Origin: Stegostoma tigrinum
Taxonomy: Eukaryota
Length of the DNA stretch: 64,000 nucleotides
Direction: 5' to 3'
Assembly (NCBI RefSeq): GCF_030684315.1
Contig: NC_081381.1
Span: forward strand, 25,671,811-25,735,810
Positions within the stretch are counted from its first letter, which is position 1. Each line of letters opens with the position of its first letter. Below are positions 49,897-64,000 of the stretch, piece by piece. The position numbers and the translations under genes are program-made. The notes beneath the pieces are model-generated. The model was not told where the DNA came from. It saw only the letters and a program-made list of their open reading frames with translations, and made no database searches.

Positions 49897-51072
49897 TTGT
49901 TTACTTTGAGTACTGGGGCTATTGTAGCCAATTGCTAGCATCTAATCCTCACTTTAAGTATTTACCAATTAGTCAGTTAACTGCATGTGGTTGGATGCTA
50001 ATGCACTGGATAGCAGCAAAATGGAGAAGAAATGAATATTCACAGTTGGACTTAGCCCATGCTGATAGTTGCAGACAATTCCTAGGTATGTTGCTAAGTG
50101 AGTCATTGATGTTAAGCACAGTAACAAAATAGCTTGTCATCGCAGTAATCCATCAGCAAATGCTGCCTGCATCATTCTGACCTTGAGCCAGGTACTATCT
50201 TCTGCTATTGACAATCTAACGGCCTGAGCCATGTTGCTGTATTGACGTTCTTTCTCATCCCTCATCCTATCAGACTATGGCTGCCTTTTCGTTTGTGTAA
50301 ATTTCTTGAGAATTTGGAGCTCCCAATTAGAATTAAACAAAAGAACTGCTGAGCCCTCTAGACAATGCTACATCTGGAAAATCTAGTTAAGTATGGGCTC
50401 TGTGGTCCAATAGCGAAATCGATAATCATAGTGCAGCCTTGAGCAATAGAGATTGCTGGGGGATAGGTGATCAATTCTCGGGTCATAAACCATGCAAAGG
50501 GTCATCCAATTAGAAGTGAGAAAGAAATTTACTCTTCACATTAGAAATGTAGCTTAAAACAATAAAGGAATCATCCATAAAAATGAGGATTAACTTTTGT
50601 CTATGACATTCAAGGAATTGATTTATAAATATCAATTGTACATAGTCTGTAAGAATAAATATTTCCATGTAGGAACTGTATTAATGAGGGTTAACCAAAA
50701 TATGCTGCACCTGTACTGGGCATGTTTGATGGGACAATGTAGATGGACCTTGTATTTAACCCTTGCTGTTCCTTCCCCATGAATCAGTCAATATAGAGGC
50801 TGCTTTACTTTTTAACTTATCCTGTGTTGACCCGTGAGTATTGGAGCCTGTTACTGGATATCCTGGGATGGTGTGAAGTGTGGGAGTTAAATCATTTTGA
50901 ACACTGTTAACTTTTACTTTTGAAGAAAACAATCTGGCTGTAAAATATTAAGCATATTATACATTGATTTACAACTTTTTCAGTGAGAGCGCCATCTTCT
51001 ATCAGCTGCATTGAATCTGAGCCCCTTGATTGAATCCTAGCCTGTAACTTGCTGTCTGTAACACTTGGTTAT

Positions 51073-51960
51073 TGTTACGGAGGAGTGTTTGAGACCTCTG
51101 ATAATTAAAAACTGAAACACCCAGAAAAACTCCCCTTGCCTTGTAATCTGTTAAAGGAAATGTGAAAAGTGTAACCTGTCTCTCGCCCCTAATATGTTAC
51201 AAAGGAAAGGTTAAATGAAAGAAATCCCTGATACTCACTTTATAAGCAACAATTTATTTATCTAGCTCTAACAGTGAACAAATTAACAGGACTACTAACA
51301 AACCAAGCATCCCACCACCCCCCTTATCTACTAACTATTCCTGAATAAAACAAAATTCTAATGGTATGCTATTCCAATAAATACAAGTCCCTCTTGTAAT
51401 GAGGAAAAAAATTAAAATGTAGCCTCTGCAAATAACAGCCAGGATAAGGCTTCCAGAATGTTCTTTCCCTTCTCTGCTGTTTTTCATTCAGGAACCCCTT
51501 TCTCTGTCGAATTCTTGTGTCAGGAATACTAACTAAGAGTCTTGTAGTACCTTTATTCAGATAGTGCTTAATCTGAATACTTAGATTTCAGGGAGAACCA
51601 GTGAGTTTCTCTTCAGATGACAGTTTGCTCTCTCATTGATTTTCAAATGCCCTCTTCTCTTATACCTTTGACCTATTAATTTCTTACAATAGGATTGGCC
51701 CTTGGTTGTCAAAACCAACAGATTTAAATTCAGTTGTGTTTTGGTATCTAGGGTCTGGTTTAAATTAATTGGCTAAGTTCACAAACCTCTTATCTTGGTA
51801 AAAGTGCTGCTTTGCTTGCTAACAGTAGAGCCCTTTGATAAAATGTTTCAATTTCAAGAGCCGTGTGCACCCGCTGCTGCCTGCAGACGTTTTCTTAACC
51901 TAGCTTAAAAAACATAATCTTTTAAAGGGACCACACACTCTTTCCCCCTATCATTTTACA
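51073..51960 (-). mobile_element. Possible solo LTR
   Basis: On the minus strand: TGTAA start (~51960), CCAAT (~51695), TATAAG (~51662), AATAAA (~51256), ends ...GTAACA (51073). No convincing TSD. Confidence 0.35.
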
Positions 51961-53654
51961 AACATCAAATACTCCACCCAACTTCGGAACATTGTATACT
52001 GAACTCTCTTGATCATTTATCTAAACAAAAGATATTGATGATTGCTTTTGCAGTTTTGTTTTGGTACAATGTATAGAATGAATTCTTTCTTTGATTAGTT
52101 TAGGCTATAGTCTGTGTTTGTACAATAAGACCATAAGACATAGGAGTGGAAGTGGACCATATTTAAAAGAGGCAGACTTGGTTTTGCTTTACCTTTCATG
52201 TTCTTAATGTCCCAAAGAGCTTGCAGCCTACTAAAAGTGGGTAATGTTGCAATGTAGGAAATATGACAACTAATTTTGAACAAGAAGTTCCCATGAACAG
52301 TAATGTAATAACAACCAGATAATCTGTGTTATTAGTGATAATGGTTGAAGGATGTATATTGACCAGAACACTGCAGAGAGCTCCTTGCTCTTCGCAAAAT
52401 CTGTTACATCTCCCTGAAAAGGCAGATAGCGCCTTGATTTAACACCTCAACCATGAAGAACAGATGACCTCCGAGTTTGCTCATTGAGTTAAAAACATGT
52501 AGGTGTTTTTGATCAACCTGTTTAGATATGTTATGACAGGTCTGCAGGAGACGGGACTTGAACCTGGGCTATCTGGCCTAGAGAGGACATTGCATGGACA
52601 AATACCACTGTGCCACAAGGACATGTGGTATCTTGAACCATACCTGGCAGCAGGGTTTGTAGGCAGTTAGCCAATCTCTAACCAGGCTTCACTGGACTAT
52701 CATTAAAAGAATCAAATGAGACTACATTTTAACTGATGCGTGATAAAGTTGTCATTTATTGCCTGTTCAATCATTGTTTGACCACCATTGTGAACTGTTG
52801 TAGTACTTAACTTTTAGTTTGCAATGAAAAGTTTGTTTATAAAGAAAATCAAGTAACGCTTGCATTTGTATAGCACGTTTCATGACTTCAGGATGTCTTG
52901 AAGCTGGCTGCTCCAAATGAAATACTTCAACTTGCAGTGTTGGAAATGTATTGTGTCGTTTTTGCTTAGAACAGTTAATGTTCAGTCATCACACAGCTTG
53001 TGCCTCTGGTTGGATGGAATTTAGACAGAGCAGAGCTTTCAGCTTTGATTCCAGAAAGAACAAGTGTGAATACTGGAGTTTTACAACAATCATGTGGTTT
53101 TAATCATTTTTCTTTATACCCACTCATATGTGACAGATTATTGAAATTGGAAATTTCAAAGCGCTGAAACAAGTGATGGGGAAGGACATTAGACATTACA
53201 TGCTTGTTGCTCACCCTAGGAGAGCAGAAATTGCAAGCAGGGATGTGCTATTAACCATTTTAACTTTAAATTGAGAATAAGGACATGCTGAAGTTCTTTT
53301 GAGAAGGTAACTGAACCTGTGCCTGAGAATAAAGTGGATGATATCATTTTTTAAAATGACAAGAAAAAATTGATCAAGTTTTATGAGTGAAAATTTTAGT
53401 AAAGATAATTACCCAGGTCATAATGACAGCTAAACCAACAGGACAGCTTACCAGTTAATCAAGTGGGAAAAGCTCAGTCTGGATTCCAGTCATTGGAGGA
53501 GTTTATAAGAGTCTACCCTGGGTTCCTTTTGTTTCTAAATGTGTTGGAGTAGAATAAGCTGTTGACGTCAGTATATTTGATAGTTAAGTTTGGCTAATAT
53601 TCGATGTGGTATTTGAAGTTAATTCTTCAATTTAAAAAAAACATTCGGTTGCAA

Positions 53655-53752
53655 GGATAACAAGGTGTAGAGCTCAATGTACACAGCAGGCCAAGCAGCA
53701 TCAGGGGAGCTGGAAGGTTGATGTTTTGGGCCTAGACCCTCCTTCAGAAAAT
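53655..53752 (-). mobile_element. Degenerate family A mini-element
   Basis: Homologous to 19540-19633; starts at TTTCTGAAGG. Confidence 0.65.
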
Positions 53753-54503
53753 GAATATTTTCAGACAGCAGTGATTCCTTTTGTCACTCTCTATCTCTCT
53801 GTGCATCTGTGTCTGTCTCCGAAAGCCACTGTCCCTTTTCTTTGTCAAGGGTTATTTGTATTTCAATACGTTTCAGAATAACTTCCTTTCACTGTGGAAA
53901 CCCGATCTCGTGGACCAGTTTCTGGGTCAACGTTTAGGAGCATCATCGTTTCCCCCACACCATGAACGTTCAGTGTTGTCTTAAATTAAAAGAGACAAAT
54001 TACAACAACTAACTTGTAAAGTCTCTCATTTATAACAATATGCTGATAGAATTAAATGGAGAGACGTAGAAAGAAGTTGGTATGATCACTGAGACACTAC
54101 TTGAGCCAAGTGACTTGCTTCTGAAATACATTTTTATATTTCTTTCTTTCCAATCTTTTGGTCATGTTCTTATTTTTTTTTGTGCGTCCTTTTGTCAAAT
54201 TTTATACAGTCACGTTCCTGCAAAATTCTTGGTATAAGCTACCACAGATGTACTATATAAATGCAAATTGTTTGTGACCAGCAGTATCTTAGAAACAATT
54301 CGTCAAGGAACAAAAATATTTGTTTTTCTAGGTCAGGATATTGTTTTAATATTTAGTGAGTGACTGTGATCTATAATTGGTAACTGATACATACATCTTC
54401 ACTGTCTTAACTCGATTATTTTAATGTCTCTCCTGCATGGAATCCAGTCTTAACACATTTTAGTCCTTGATTAAACCCTGAAAGCCTGTCTTGATTTCCA
54501 CAG

Positions 54504-54661
54504 AGGAAGAGGAGGAAGAAGAGGAAGAGGAGGAGGACGAAGAAGGAGGAGGTCGGGAAGTATTGTTTTCTGAAGAAGAGCCAGCCAAAGTGAAGAAAAA
54601 AAGGAAACCACGGAAACAGAAAGAGAACAAGACTCCCAAACTGAAGAAGAGAAAGAAAGAG
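54504..54661 (+). CDS. CHD5: CHD5 exon 2 (acidic tract + basic NLS-like stretch)
   Basis: ccacag|AG; EEEEEEEEEEEDEEGGGREVLFSEEEPAKVKKKRKPRKQKENKTPKLKKRKKE|gtaac, like human ..KKKKPKKLKENK..RKKKE; phases 1 and 0. Confidence 0.85.
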
Positions 54662-54783
54662 GTAACAAATATGGGGAGGTGCACAGATGAGATACCGAGA
54701 GGGGAATTGGACTCTAAGCCAGTTGGGAAAAGAAGAGAATGACAGCCTTGTTGAGGAAATTGGGTGATGGAGAGAATGCACTG

Positions 54784-54856
54784 AGGCTGGAGGTAGTCGG
54801 GGAATGAAGGTGAGGGGTTGCACCGAGGCTGGGAGTAGTTGGGGAATGAAGGTGAG
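54784..54856 (+). repeat. 42-bp tandem duplication
   Basis: GAGGCTGG..GTAGT.GGGGAATGAAGGTGAG twice. Confidence 0.7.
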
Positions 54857-57589
54857 ATTTTTTTTGTGTTCATTCACAGGATGAGGATGTCTCTGGCTAG
54901 TCCAGCATTTATTATCCATTCCCAATTGCCCAGAAGGCAGTCAAGATTTAGTGACCAGACCTTTAATGTTTGGGTACTATTTTGCAAAAACAGCACAGAT
55001 TACAGGACGACATACTATTATTTACAATTATGGAAAGCTGAGGTAGTGCATGTAGAATCAGAAGAGTGGGAAGGTAAAATTCCCTCACTCTCAATTGTGA
55101 GGTTGCAGAGTTCATGATATTAATATTTGACATTAGATAGATTGGGAGGATGTTAAGGGGTTGGAAACAAGCCACATTACCTATTAGGAGAGCAAAAGCC
55201 AGCATGGGTTGTTGGGTTGGAACTGTGTGTTGCCATGTTGCAACTTCTCTTTATTGAGGGTTTTGCTGTGAAGTAATATGCTCCAGGGTAAAATCCTGGA
55301 AGTGATGGTATCAGCAGTGGAGGTGCAGTTGTGTTATTGTTATAGAGACTGCACAAATTCTGATTTTTCAGAAGCTGGTCTTGGCCAAAGGAAAGTGATC
55401 TTTCACTGAGAATATGTTCAGACTTATCTGTAATGTCCTTCCTGAGTTGCTTGCCAACTAGCCACTGTCTAGGCTTGAAATAAAAAAAGTTTTGCGTTTG
55501 TATAGTGCCTTTGCTTTGGGATGTCTCCAGGTCATCATTTTACAACTAAGAAAAATACTTTTCAACTACATTCTTTGTGTTTGTGTTCTCAGTGGTATAA
55601 AAGGCTGGATATTGGTTAATAATACTGCCAGATGAGGGATAAATACTGGCCAGGGATCTGGGGAGTCGACTAAAGATGCCTGACAGGGCCTGCGATTAAA
55701 GTCCCAGCTAAGAGTCACCACCTCTGACAGAGCAGTCTTCCCTCAGTACTGCGCTGTGGCCCTCTATTAGATGCTGAAGTCCCTGGAAAGGGGTTTGACC
55801 CCACAACCTTGTGATAGAGGCAAGAGTGCTCCCCACAGAATCTTGTGTGGCTTACCCTAGTGAAAGGACTGCCTTAAGAATTGGAAATTGTCATAGGGAC
55901 AATTTCAGTGATTGCCTGCAGCTGCCAGGTGCCCTGTTTTTCAGCAGAGCCAAATAGGCCCAGCTATGTGAAGTTTAATTTAACCAAGAGGCTGGTTTAA
56001 AAATATATATTCTTCAAACCCCCTCTAAACCTGCTGATCTTTAACCAGGCAGCACTGTTTTAAAAGGTATTGAGCCCTCTGCTAAATGAGAGTGTTTCTC
56101 TCTATCTGCCCTGTCTGTGCCCCTCATAACCTTGTACACCTCGATCAGGATCACCCTCCACCTTTGCTGCTCTTAACAAAAACAATCTCAGCCTATCTAC
56201 TGTCCTTCAGCTGAATTGCTCCAGCGAGGCAATGTCCTGGTGAATCTCTTCTGCACGCTTCATGGTGTAATCACACTCTTCCTTTAGTGTGGTGACCAGC
56301 ACTGCACACAGAACTCCAAACGTGGCCTAGCTAATGTTATATGCAGCTTCATTGTAACCTCATTACTGGGACAGCTGCTGATAAATTGAACAGTAGATAA
56401 GGACAGAGAGGGAGGTTCTTCATAACCTGGAATGATTTCCATTCTGATCTATGATTTAGCTCAGGCTATCTGCAGTGTCTGAAATCTGGCAGGAATATAT
56501 TTCCTCTTGGGAGATGTGTCTTATTGAATCCATTATGGTGAATTTTCCATTATGGTGAATTTCCCATTTGTTTAAAAATCAGTTGAAGGTTATTTCTACA
56601 ATACTCGATTTTCAGGAACAAGTCATTTGTTTGTGAAAGTTGATGTTTCTGCACGACCTTGCCACGAGAGAGTTTGTTTTGTTTGCCTTGTCCTCTTCTG
56701 AAGACACTGTTGCCACAGGGCAGGCTCCAAGAAATGTTTACCTTCCTTCCCTAACAAAGGCCGAGTGTTGGCATGTTGCAACCACAGGAGCATGACCCAA
56801 ATATTCCTATCCTTCAGACACTGGCCTAGGAATGCTGGAGATGTCTTTAATAGACTGGGCTGAGATAAGTGTCATTTGAGAGGTGTTCAAGGCCGTGTCC
56901 TCTCCTGAGCTCCGTAACTACTCCTATCCCTACGATACTCCTGAATCTCTGGATCCCTTTAAGTTGAACCTATTGCATGTCCTCAACATTTAATTTTTAT
57001 TTCTAATCACCCTGTTCACGGATGTTATGATAGACCTATGGAACAGATTGGACTTGAACCTGGACCTTCTGGTCCAGAGGTGGGGATATTAGCACTGCAC
57101 AGCAAGAGCCACCTTGACATTAATTGTTTGACCATTGACTGCGTTACATTTGGGTACCTAGGCTCTAAGCTCTGGAGTCACCATGTTCAACCCTCTATCT
57201 CTCTCTACACCCAGAAGCAGCTCCTTAAGACCAAGCTGTCAGCCACCTGCCCTGATATGTGGGTGTGAAATTATTTCTCTAACACAGGGCAATAAGAAAT
57301 TAAGATCCAATTGGACATTTGCTAATCAACCCGTTCAGAGCTGAGTTACATCTGGAGTAGGTGGGATTTGAACCCAGGCTTCCTGGCTCAGAGGCATGGA
57401 TATTACCATTGTGTGACAAGAGCCCAGTGAGATCCAGTTGGATAGTTCATGTTTAAATGTAAATCAGTGCTGAACAACATTTGGCATAAAAGTGAGGTCA
57501 TGTGATTTCCTGGCCCATGCATCCAGCCTCCTCTGTATCAAGGACACCTAGTTGTGGCAGTACACACTTGATAAAGCCTGCTTAATATG

Positions 57590-58040
57590 AGGGTATGAAA
57601 TAGGAGCAGACATAGACCATGTGGCCCATTGACCCTGCTGCATTGTTTAATGTGATCATGGGTGATCTGATCATGTTTTAAATTTCAAATCACCCTGATA
57701 TCTCTTGATTCCCCAAGAATCACTTCACCTCTCTTAAAAAGAAATTCAGTAACCTGACTGCACCAACCTGAGGCAGAGTATTCCAAGGTGTCTCTCTTCT
57801 CTCTGAGAAGATTCCCCTCATCTCTATCTTAAAGGATAGCTCCTAGCTCCTAATTTTAAAACTGTTCCCCCTAGTGTTGTACTGACACAGAGGAGAAAAT
57901 AACGCTCCACATCCACCTTGTCAAGACCATTCAGGATCTTGTATACTTCAATCAAGTCACCCCTCACTGTCCAACCCCCAGTAGAAACAAGCCCAGCTTG
58001 CCCTCGAAATCTTGTAAGACACCCACTCATTTCAAGTGCC
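57590..58040 (-). mobile_element. Degraded CR1 3' fragment
   Basis: ORF VRGDLIEVYKILNGLDKVDVERYF; similar fragments near 47050-47270, 56080-56360 and 59320-59880. Confidence 0.7.
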
Positions 58041-61000
58041 AAGTAGCCTCTTCAGTGCCTGGACAACTGAAGCAGTTAACTGACGCTCAAGAAAAGACCT
58101 ATCTGCTGCCTCTGATTGTGCTGCTCCACCTGTCCAGATGACCTTGGAGAATACATGCTTGTACTCTTGATGTCTTATGAGAGCATAAAGAAACTTTTAG
58201 GCTCTGCTAAAAATGCCATTTAGTTAGGAAGGTTCTATGGAATCATGTAATTGAACCCTTTCCTCATTATCAGCCTTGGCCTAAAATGGCACTTTTTTTT
58301 ATTGTTTATTGATTCTGAGGCAACTGTCAATTTTGTTGGCCATTAAAGTAGGCCCCATCTGTTTTCCTAATTTGTTGTCAGGACTGGGCACTTGAAGGAA
58401 GTGATATTGTCTGGTTGTGTTTGGCTTGACATCAAGAACAAGTGCAATGATTGTCACCTTGAGGCCAAGGTTCATCAAAGTGACTGTTCTTTGGAGTCCA
58501 ACCAAGCAGGTTTCAGTTCTGTAGGAAGGTCACTGGACTCAAAACGTTGACAGTTTTACCTCCTCAGATGATGCCAGACCTGCTGAATTACTCCAGCAGT
58601 TTGTTTTTGTGTGTTTCAGATTTTCAGCATCCTCAGTTCAAATATACTTGCAGCTTGCAAGCTCTGCGTAATGTTGTATATTTCTGTGTATAACTTGTTC
58701 CAGACCATGGAACTGTTTCTGCCTTGAAGTCCAAGTTTGAGGTTGAGAATCTAAACTTGGTCTTCCTACCTGTGGGATAGTAAGGATTTGGGATGGACAG
58801 AGAGGAACGAGGAAGTGTCAGCCAGAGCTCCTGCCTGTCTTCCTGGTGTCCTGAGTCCATGTCACAAGAAGCAGATCAGCAGGTCATTATCTATTCTGCT
58901 ATATGTGGGACTTTGTTGTGTGCAAATTGTTTCTTGTATTTCCTACAACAACCACTGGTCTTTTATTTAACACCTTTAACATTGGAAGGTGTTGTAGTGA
59001 CTGTAGCTATGTTATCAAACAAAACTTGATCATGAATTACATGAGATGTCAATGCAGGTGACCAAGAGGCTTTTCTCAATAATGTGCATTTTAGGGGCTG
59101 TCTTAAAAGTGGAGGAGTGCTTGGGGTTGGGTGGGGCGTGCTGAGGGAAGGTTAGAGTGGGAATTCCAAAGCTTTAGCAGCCAGTGTCGCCAACAATGGC
59201 CACATTTGGAGGAGTGCAGGTAGCCATGTGGGTCTGGAGGACATTGCAGAGATGGGCAAGGGCTTGGAGGGCTTTGAAAAGGAGGATAATCATTCTAACA
59301 TCTTTGTTAAATCTGTGTTGTAAAGGTCTATTAACATTGGTAACAAAAGGAATAGAGTTTCTAAGTAAAGCACACAACCTTATAGGGCACTGGTGAGGTC
59401 TCCTTACCCAAGGAAGAACCTATTTGCTCTACAGGAAGTGAGTGCAGTGAAGGTTAACCAGATTGGGTCCTGGCAAGTGTGATTATCCTAAAACAAAATA
59501 TTGAGTTAACTAGATCTATATTTCCTGAGCTTTGGAAAATAAGGTGCGCTCCAGTTGAAAAATGCAAAATTCCTAAGGGTCTTGACCAGGTTGATTCTGA
59601 CAAGATGTTTTCCTTGGGTAGAGAATCACAAAAGGGCGGAATCTGAAAATAAGCTGTCATACATTTTGGACTGAGGTGAGGAGAAAGTTTTCTCACTGAG
59701 GACTGTGAATTTTTGGAATCCTCTAACCCTGATGGCAGTGGATGGTACATTCATTCATGTATTCAAGGCAGGTTAATAGACTTGAGTAGAAAGGGAATTA
59801 AGGAATATAAGGATGGTGTGGGAAGGAGGAGTTGAGATGGAACACCAGCAGCAATCTTGTTGGGTGATCTACTCTAGCGCTGGGTCAATAACCCTATTAT
59901 GACAGCTGCCATGCAAATACTTAGTTGTAAGGTTTTTTTTAATGAACTCTTGACGCTGTGAAGGGTGCTATGTAAGTTCAAGTCTTTCTTTCAGTGTACC
60001 CGATTTCTACAGAACACCCGTTCTTTGGAAGTGTATGTGTGGGTGGTGGGTGACAGCAGCATTAGGCTGGCTCCTGGTGTGCTGTAGCCAGCTGTCACTC
60101 ATTGTCAAGGTTCGGGATGAGGACTGAGCATCTGGCAGAGAGCTAAAGAGCACCTGCCGATTTGCAGCTGATGAGAGGAAAAGACCAGCTTGGTCATGTA
60201 ATCTTGTGACAGTGTGATATTTGGAGGAACTTTGACCCTCAAGATTTTTAATGGACCTGTGCAGTCTTTGTTTTTTTTGTGAAGCAAGAATGGGAAAGAA
60301 AGAGAAATAAAAGCAGAAAATGCTGGAAATAACAGATTAGGTTGTACGTATGTAGGACGAAGCAGAGTTATTTAATGTTGGAAGTGGAAAAGGTTAGAGA
60401 CATAACAAAGTTTTAAGCAATTAAAGCAGGGGAAGAATAAAAGGGAGTATGTGAGATAGGGTGGAAGGCAGGAATAATTAAAGTGATGATGTAAGTGGAA
60501 GAGAGATGGTAATGAGATAAGCAGAAAACTAATCGCAACCAAAGAGTCATTGCTAGCCGCTGCTTTCTGAGAAAGTGGAAGCAATGGCAATGGCCTGAAA
60601 TTGTTTGGTGCAGTGTTGAGTTTGAAAAACTGTAAAATGCTTATTGAGGAATGATTTGTTGTTCCAAGCTAACCTCAGATGATCTTGTGGATGAGTGGGT
60701 AGAATCCATGGGTCTGAGTTGGAAGTTGCAGGTTCAAGTCTGTCTTGGATCACAGGGTGTATCCAAGTGGTTCTTTTGGAATCGGTTAAATGTAGTTAAG
60801 AGAAGACTTGACAATAGCATTTTGCTTAAATATAAGCGTTTATTTAATAAAATTAAAAAATGGAAAAGAAAGAACAAATAAAAAAACTGAGATATGAACA
60901 TTTATTAAGTAACAAAAAAAAATGAAAAAGGCAGGAAAAGAAAGCAATGAGCCTCATACCCTCTTGCCCGTCTGGGACCCCTTGATTGACGGCTGGCCTG

Positions 61001-61703
61001 GAGGCTTAGGGTGGTTCCTGGCACCATTGGTGATCCTGGTCTAAAGTGAAGTCTGACAACTTGGAATGAAACTCTCTCTTATACAGTGTAACAAACAGCT
61101 AGTACAGAAAAGCATCTTTGATTATGCTGTCTTTGGCATGTATAGGAATGTTCAAAGGAATCATTCAAGGTTCATTCAGCTGTTGAATATCATCAACAAT
61201 TTTAGCCCTTCAGACCATCCTATACAAATTCCCACTCCAGGACTTGATATCCATAGAAGGTGTGTTCTTAACATGGCCAAACAAGTTGGGTATCAGTTTG
61301 TAAATTCTTGCAACCTATACAATTTGTGGGCAGTAAGAACAGAAGAGATTCATGGTCAGCTGTATGTTGGAAAGAAATAAAAGCAGAAAATATTGGAAAT
61401 ACTCAGTAGATCCAGCTATATCTATGGATCAAGGAACAGAGTTATTTTGTGTTGTTTCCACCATTGCTATGCACAGGCTGCGATATCTGTAAGTAGCAAC
61501 ATAAACTCTGGTTCCTCCAAAAGTAGCAATCAGTTGGCTGGATGGTCATTCTGCATCAGACTGGTGTCAGTGGCACAGGGTTTGATCCTTTTATGGCTGG
61601 AGTCAATTCAGAGCTGCCTCATTACTTCTCCCTGGTGAAAGTTGTGGCACTTGACATAGAGGGCACTCAAAGGAGAAGCATGGCCAGTAAGGTTTTCAGA
61701 TAA

Positions 61704-61955
<252 letters not shown>

Positions 61956-62204
61956 TAATTGTTTGATAATAATTTTAAAAAAAACCTTTTTTTTCCCCTT
62001 TTTGCTTGTATTCAGTTGTGTGTTGGTTTGCTTACATTTTTTGTGTAGCCTGTGCCATTTGAACAGGACAAAGGGAAGCCTTACCTTATTAGAAATAACT
62101 CCAATACCTTTCAATCCCACTTTCTGAGCCTTGAGATCTGTTTGCATTCCCAAATCCAATTTTTTAGTACTGGACTCATGAAACAAAATAGTTGACTGGT
62201 AATG

Positions 62205-62331
62205 GAGATAATGGGAACTGCAGATGCTGGAGAATCCAAGATAATAAAGTGTGAAGCTGGATGAACACAGCAGGCCAAGCAGCATCTCAAGAGCACAAAA
62301 GCTGATGTTTCGGGCCTAGACCCTTCATTAG
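62205..62331 (-). mobile_element. 127-bp family A mini-element starting at the hammerhead core
   Basis: TSD AGTTG(A/C)CTGGTAATG (62190-62204 / 62332-62346); reverse complement begins CTAATGAAGGGTCTAGGCCCGAAACATCAG. Confidence 0.85.
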
Positions 62332-64000
62332 AGTTGCCTGGTAATGTTTTGTCCCATGTGATGCGAGCATCCCTTGTGGTTCTGGCACAGCGAAGTGTTC
62401 ACTAAATACTGCTAATGATGGCTGCTAGTAGGACTGACCTTTCACAATATTGATGAGGTGTGTTATGTGAAGACACTGCATTCTGTTTGGAATGTTTTAA
62501 TTGGAATGTCAGGTATCCTTTGGGTGTAAATGTTAGCTAATGTCTTGCTGGCAGCAGTGGGACCAGCACTAACTCTAAAGCTAAACACTGAGAATTACAA
62601 TGTATTGATTTGCCTTAATGTGTTTTGTGTTTACATGGTGGACGTGTGACCCACCTCCCTGCACACACGCTCTTGGAATGGCAGAATGACATACCATAGA
62701 ATAGGTGGTTACACCATTGTACTTGTGCTGACTTATCCCCCCCCAACCCCCTTGGGTTGGAATCTTTTCCCCTTCTGGTATTTATCCAATTCACTTACTG
62801 ATGTCGCCATTGAATCTCCTGTGGGCACCCTTTCAGGCAGAGCACTCGGATTACAATTTTGCTGAGCTAAACAAAAAAAAAGTCTCATGTTGCCACTGGT
62901 TCTTTTGTCAAGTACCTTAAATGTGTCTCCTCTAGACAGTCTCTGCTGCCACTGGGAGCAGTACTTATTTAAGTTGTTGCATATCTCCCTATCCTTCACT
63001 CCACACATGCAACCATACCTTCGCCTGTCCCGGCCCCATACTGTGACACTACCTCCCAAAGGAAATTGGCAAAATTTAAAGTATTTGGCAAAAACATCAT
63101 TGGTGGCATGAGAGAGTCATTTTTACATGGTGTCCCAGATAATGAGAACTTACTGCCTGAAGAAATAGTAAAAGTAGTAGATTCAGTAACTACTTCCATT
63201 AGAGTGGGCCTAATTGGAAAGCTGTTCCAAGGAGCTAGCACAGGTACAGTGGGCTGAAAGGCAACATTTTGTGTTGCACCATTGTTTCCTAAACCCTTTA
63301 AATGTCATTTTCTTTCTCTTTATTCTTTCTGGGAAGGGAGTGTTACTGGCAGGACCAGCCCTTGTTTTCTCTTGTGCTGGGTGGCTTCCTAGGCCATTTT
63401 GGAGGGTAGTTAAGGGTCACCCACATTCTGTAGGTCTGCAATCACATATAAAGGCAGACTAGGTGAGGACAGCAGATTTCCTTTCCTGGAAGGCATTTAT
63501 GAACCACATGGGTTTTACAACAGTTGTTGATATCGTCATTTAATTGTTATGTAAACATATCACTGTTTATCTTATGGATTTATTCACCAAATTTGAATTC
63601 CACCATTTCCTTTTGTGGGATTTGAATCCGAGTTCCTGGAATATTAGCCTAACCCTTTGGACTGCTGCTTTACATCTAAGATCCCTAATGGGGAACAGTG
63701 CCTGAATTGGATTCTAGAATATTGTCTCCTCAAAAGGCAGTGAATGCTGAGGGCCAGCTGGAGCTTTCAGGTTGAGATTATTAGGTTTGTTGGGTTAGAG
63801 TAATAAGGGCTAATGGATTTGAGACAATTTCAGCTTGATCTGGTGGAACAATCATTCAGGCTTGGCGCTGGAAAAGAAAGCTCCTGATCCTCTGCTGGGG
63901 TGATGGCAGGGAGGCTACAAGACTCAGCATCATTCAGGTTAAGGAAAGGTGCGGGTGTATTTGTCAGGATTCTTCTTCCTGACTGCTATCCCATAAACAA

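Noticed and set aside
54662-54742. In-frame extension of CHD5 exon 2 (VTNMGRC...)
   Set aside because: Reads through a canonical GT donor to a stop, with no CHD homology; intronic.
47440-57425. Functional tRNA genes
   Set aside because: The A/B-box-like units are mutually diverged and I could not build clean cloverleaves; treated as SINE-like repeats.

Overview
Eukaryotic, repeat-rich vertebrate DNA. The repeat content (CR1/L2 LINEs, Deu-domain SINEs, Penelope-like elements) points to a cartilaginous fish, probably a shark (inference). The window holds the conserved RNF207(-) / RPL22(+) / CHD5(+) block known from human 1p36: two RNF207 coding exons, the complete 4-exon RPL22 gene (126 aa, 5'TOP/TCT promoter) and the 5' part of CHD5. 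The most notable non-genic signal is a set of Penelope-like retroelements (PLEs) from at least three families. Each family carries its own minimal type I hammerhead ribozyme (CUGANGA...GAAA-CG-UH, with covarying stems). Many short non-coding hammerhead-bearing insertions with target-site duplications, inverted arms and stereotyped ends are also present. Gene-level oddities: an RPL22L1-like loop in RPL22, no recognisable CHD5 exon 3, and a phase-compatible alternative CHD5 first exon. All coordinates were read by eye; no searches or folding programs were run.
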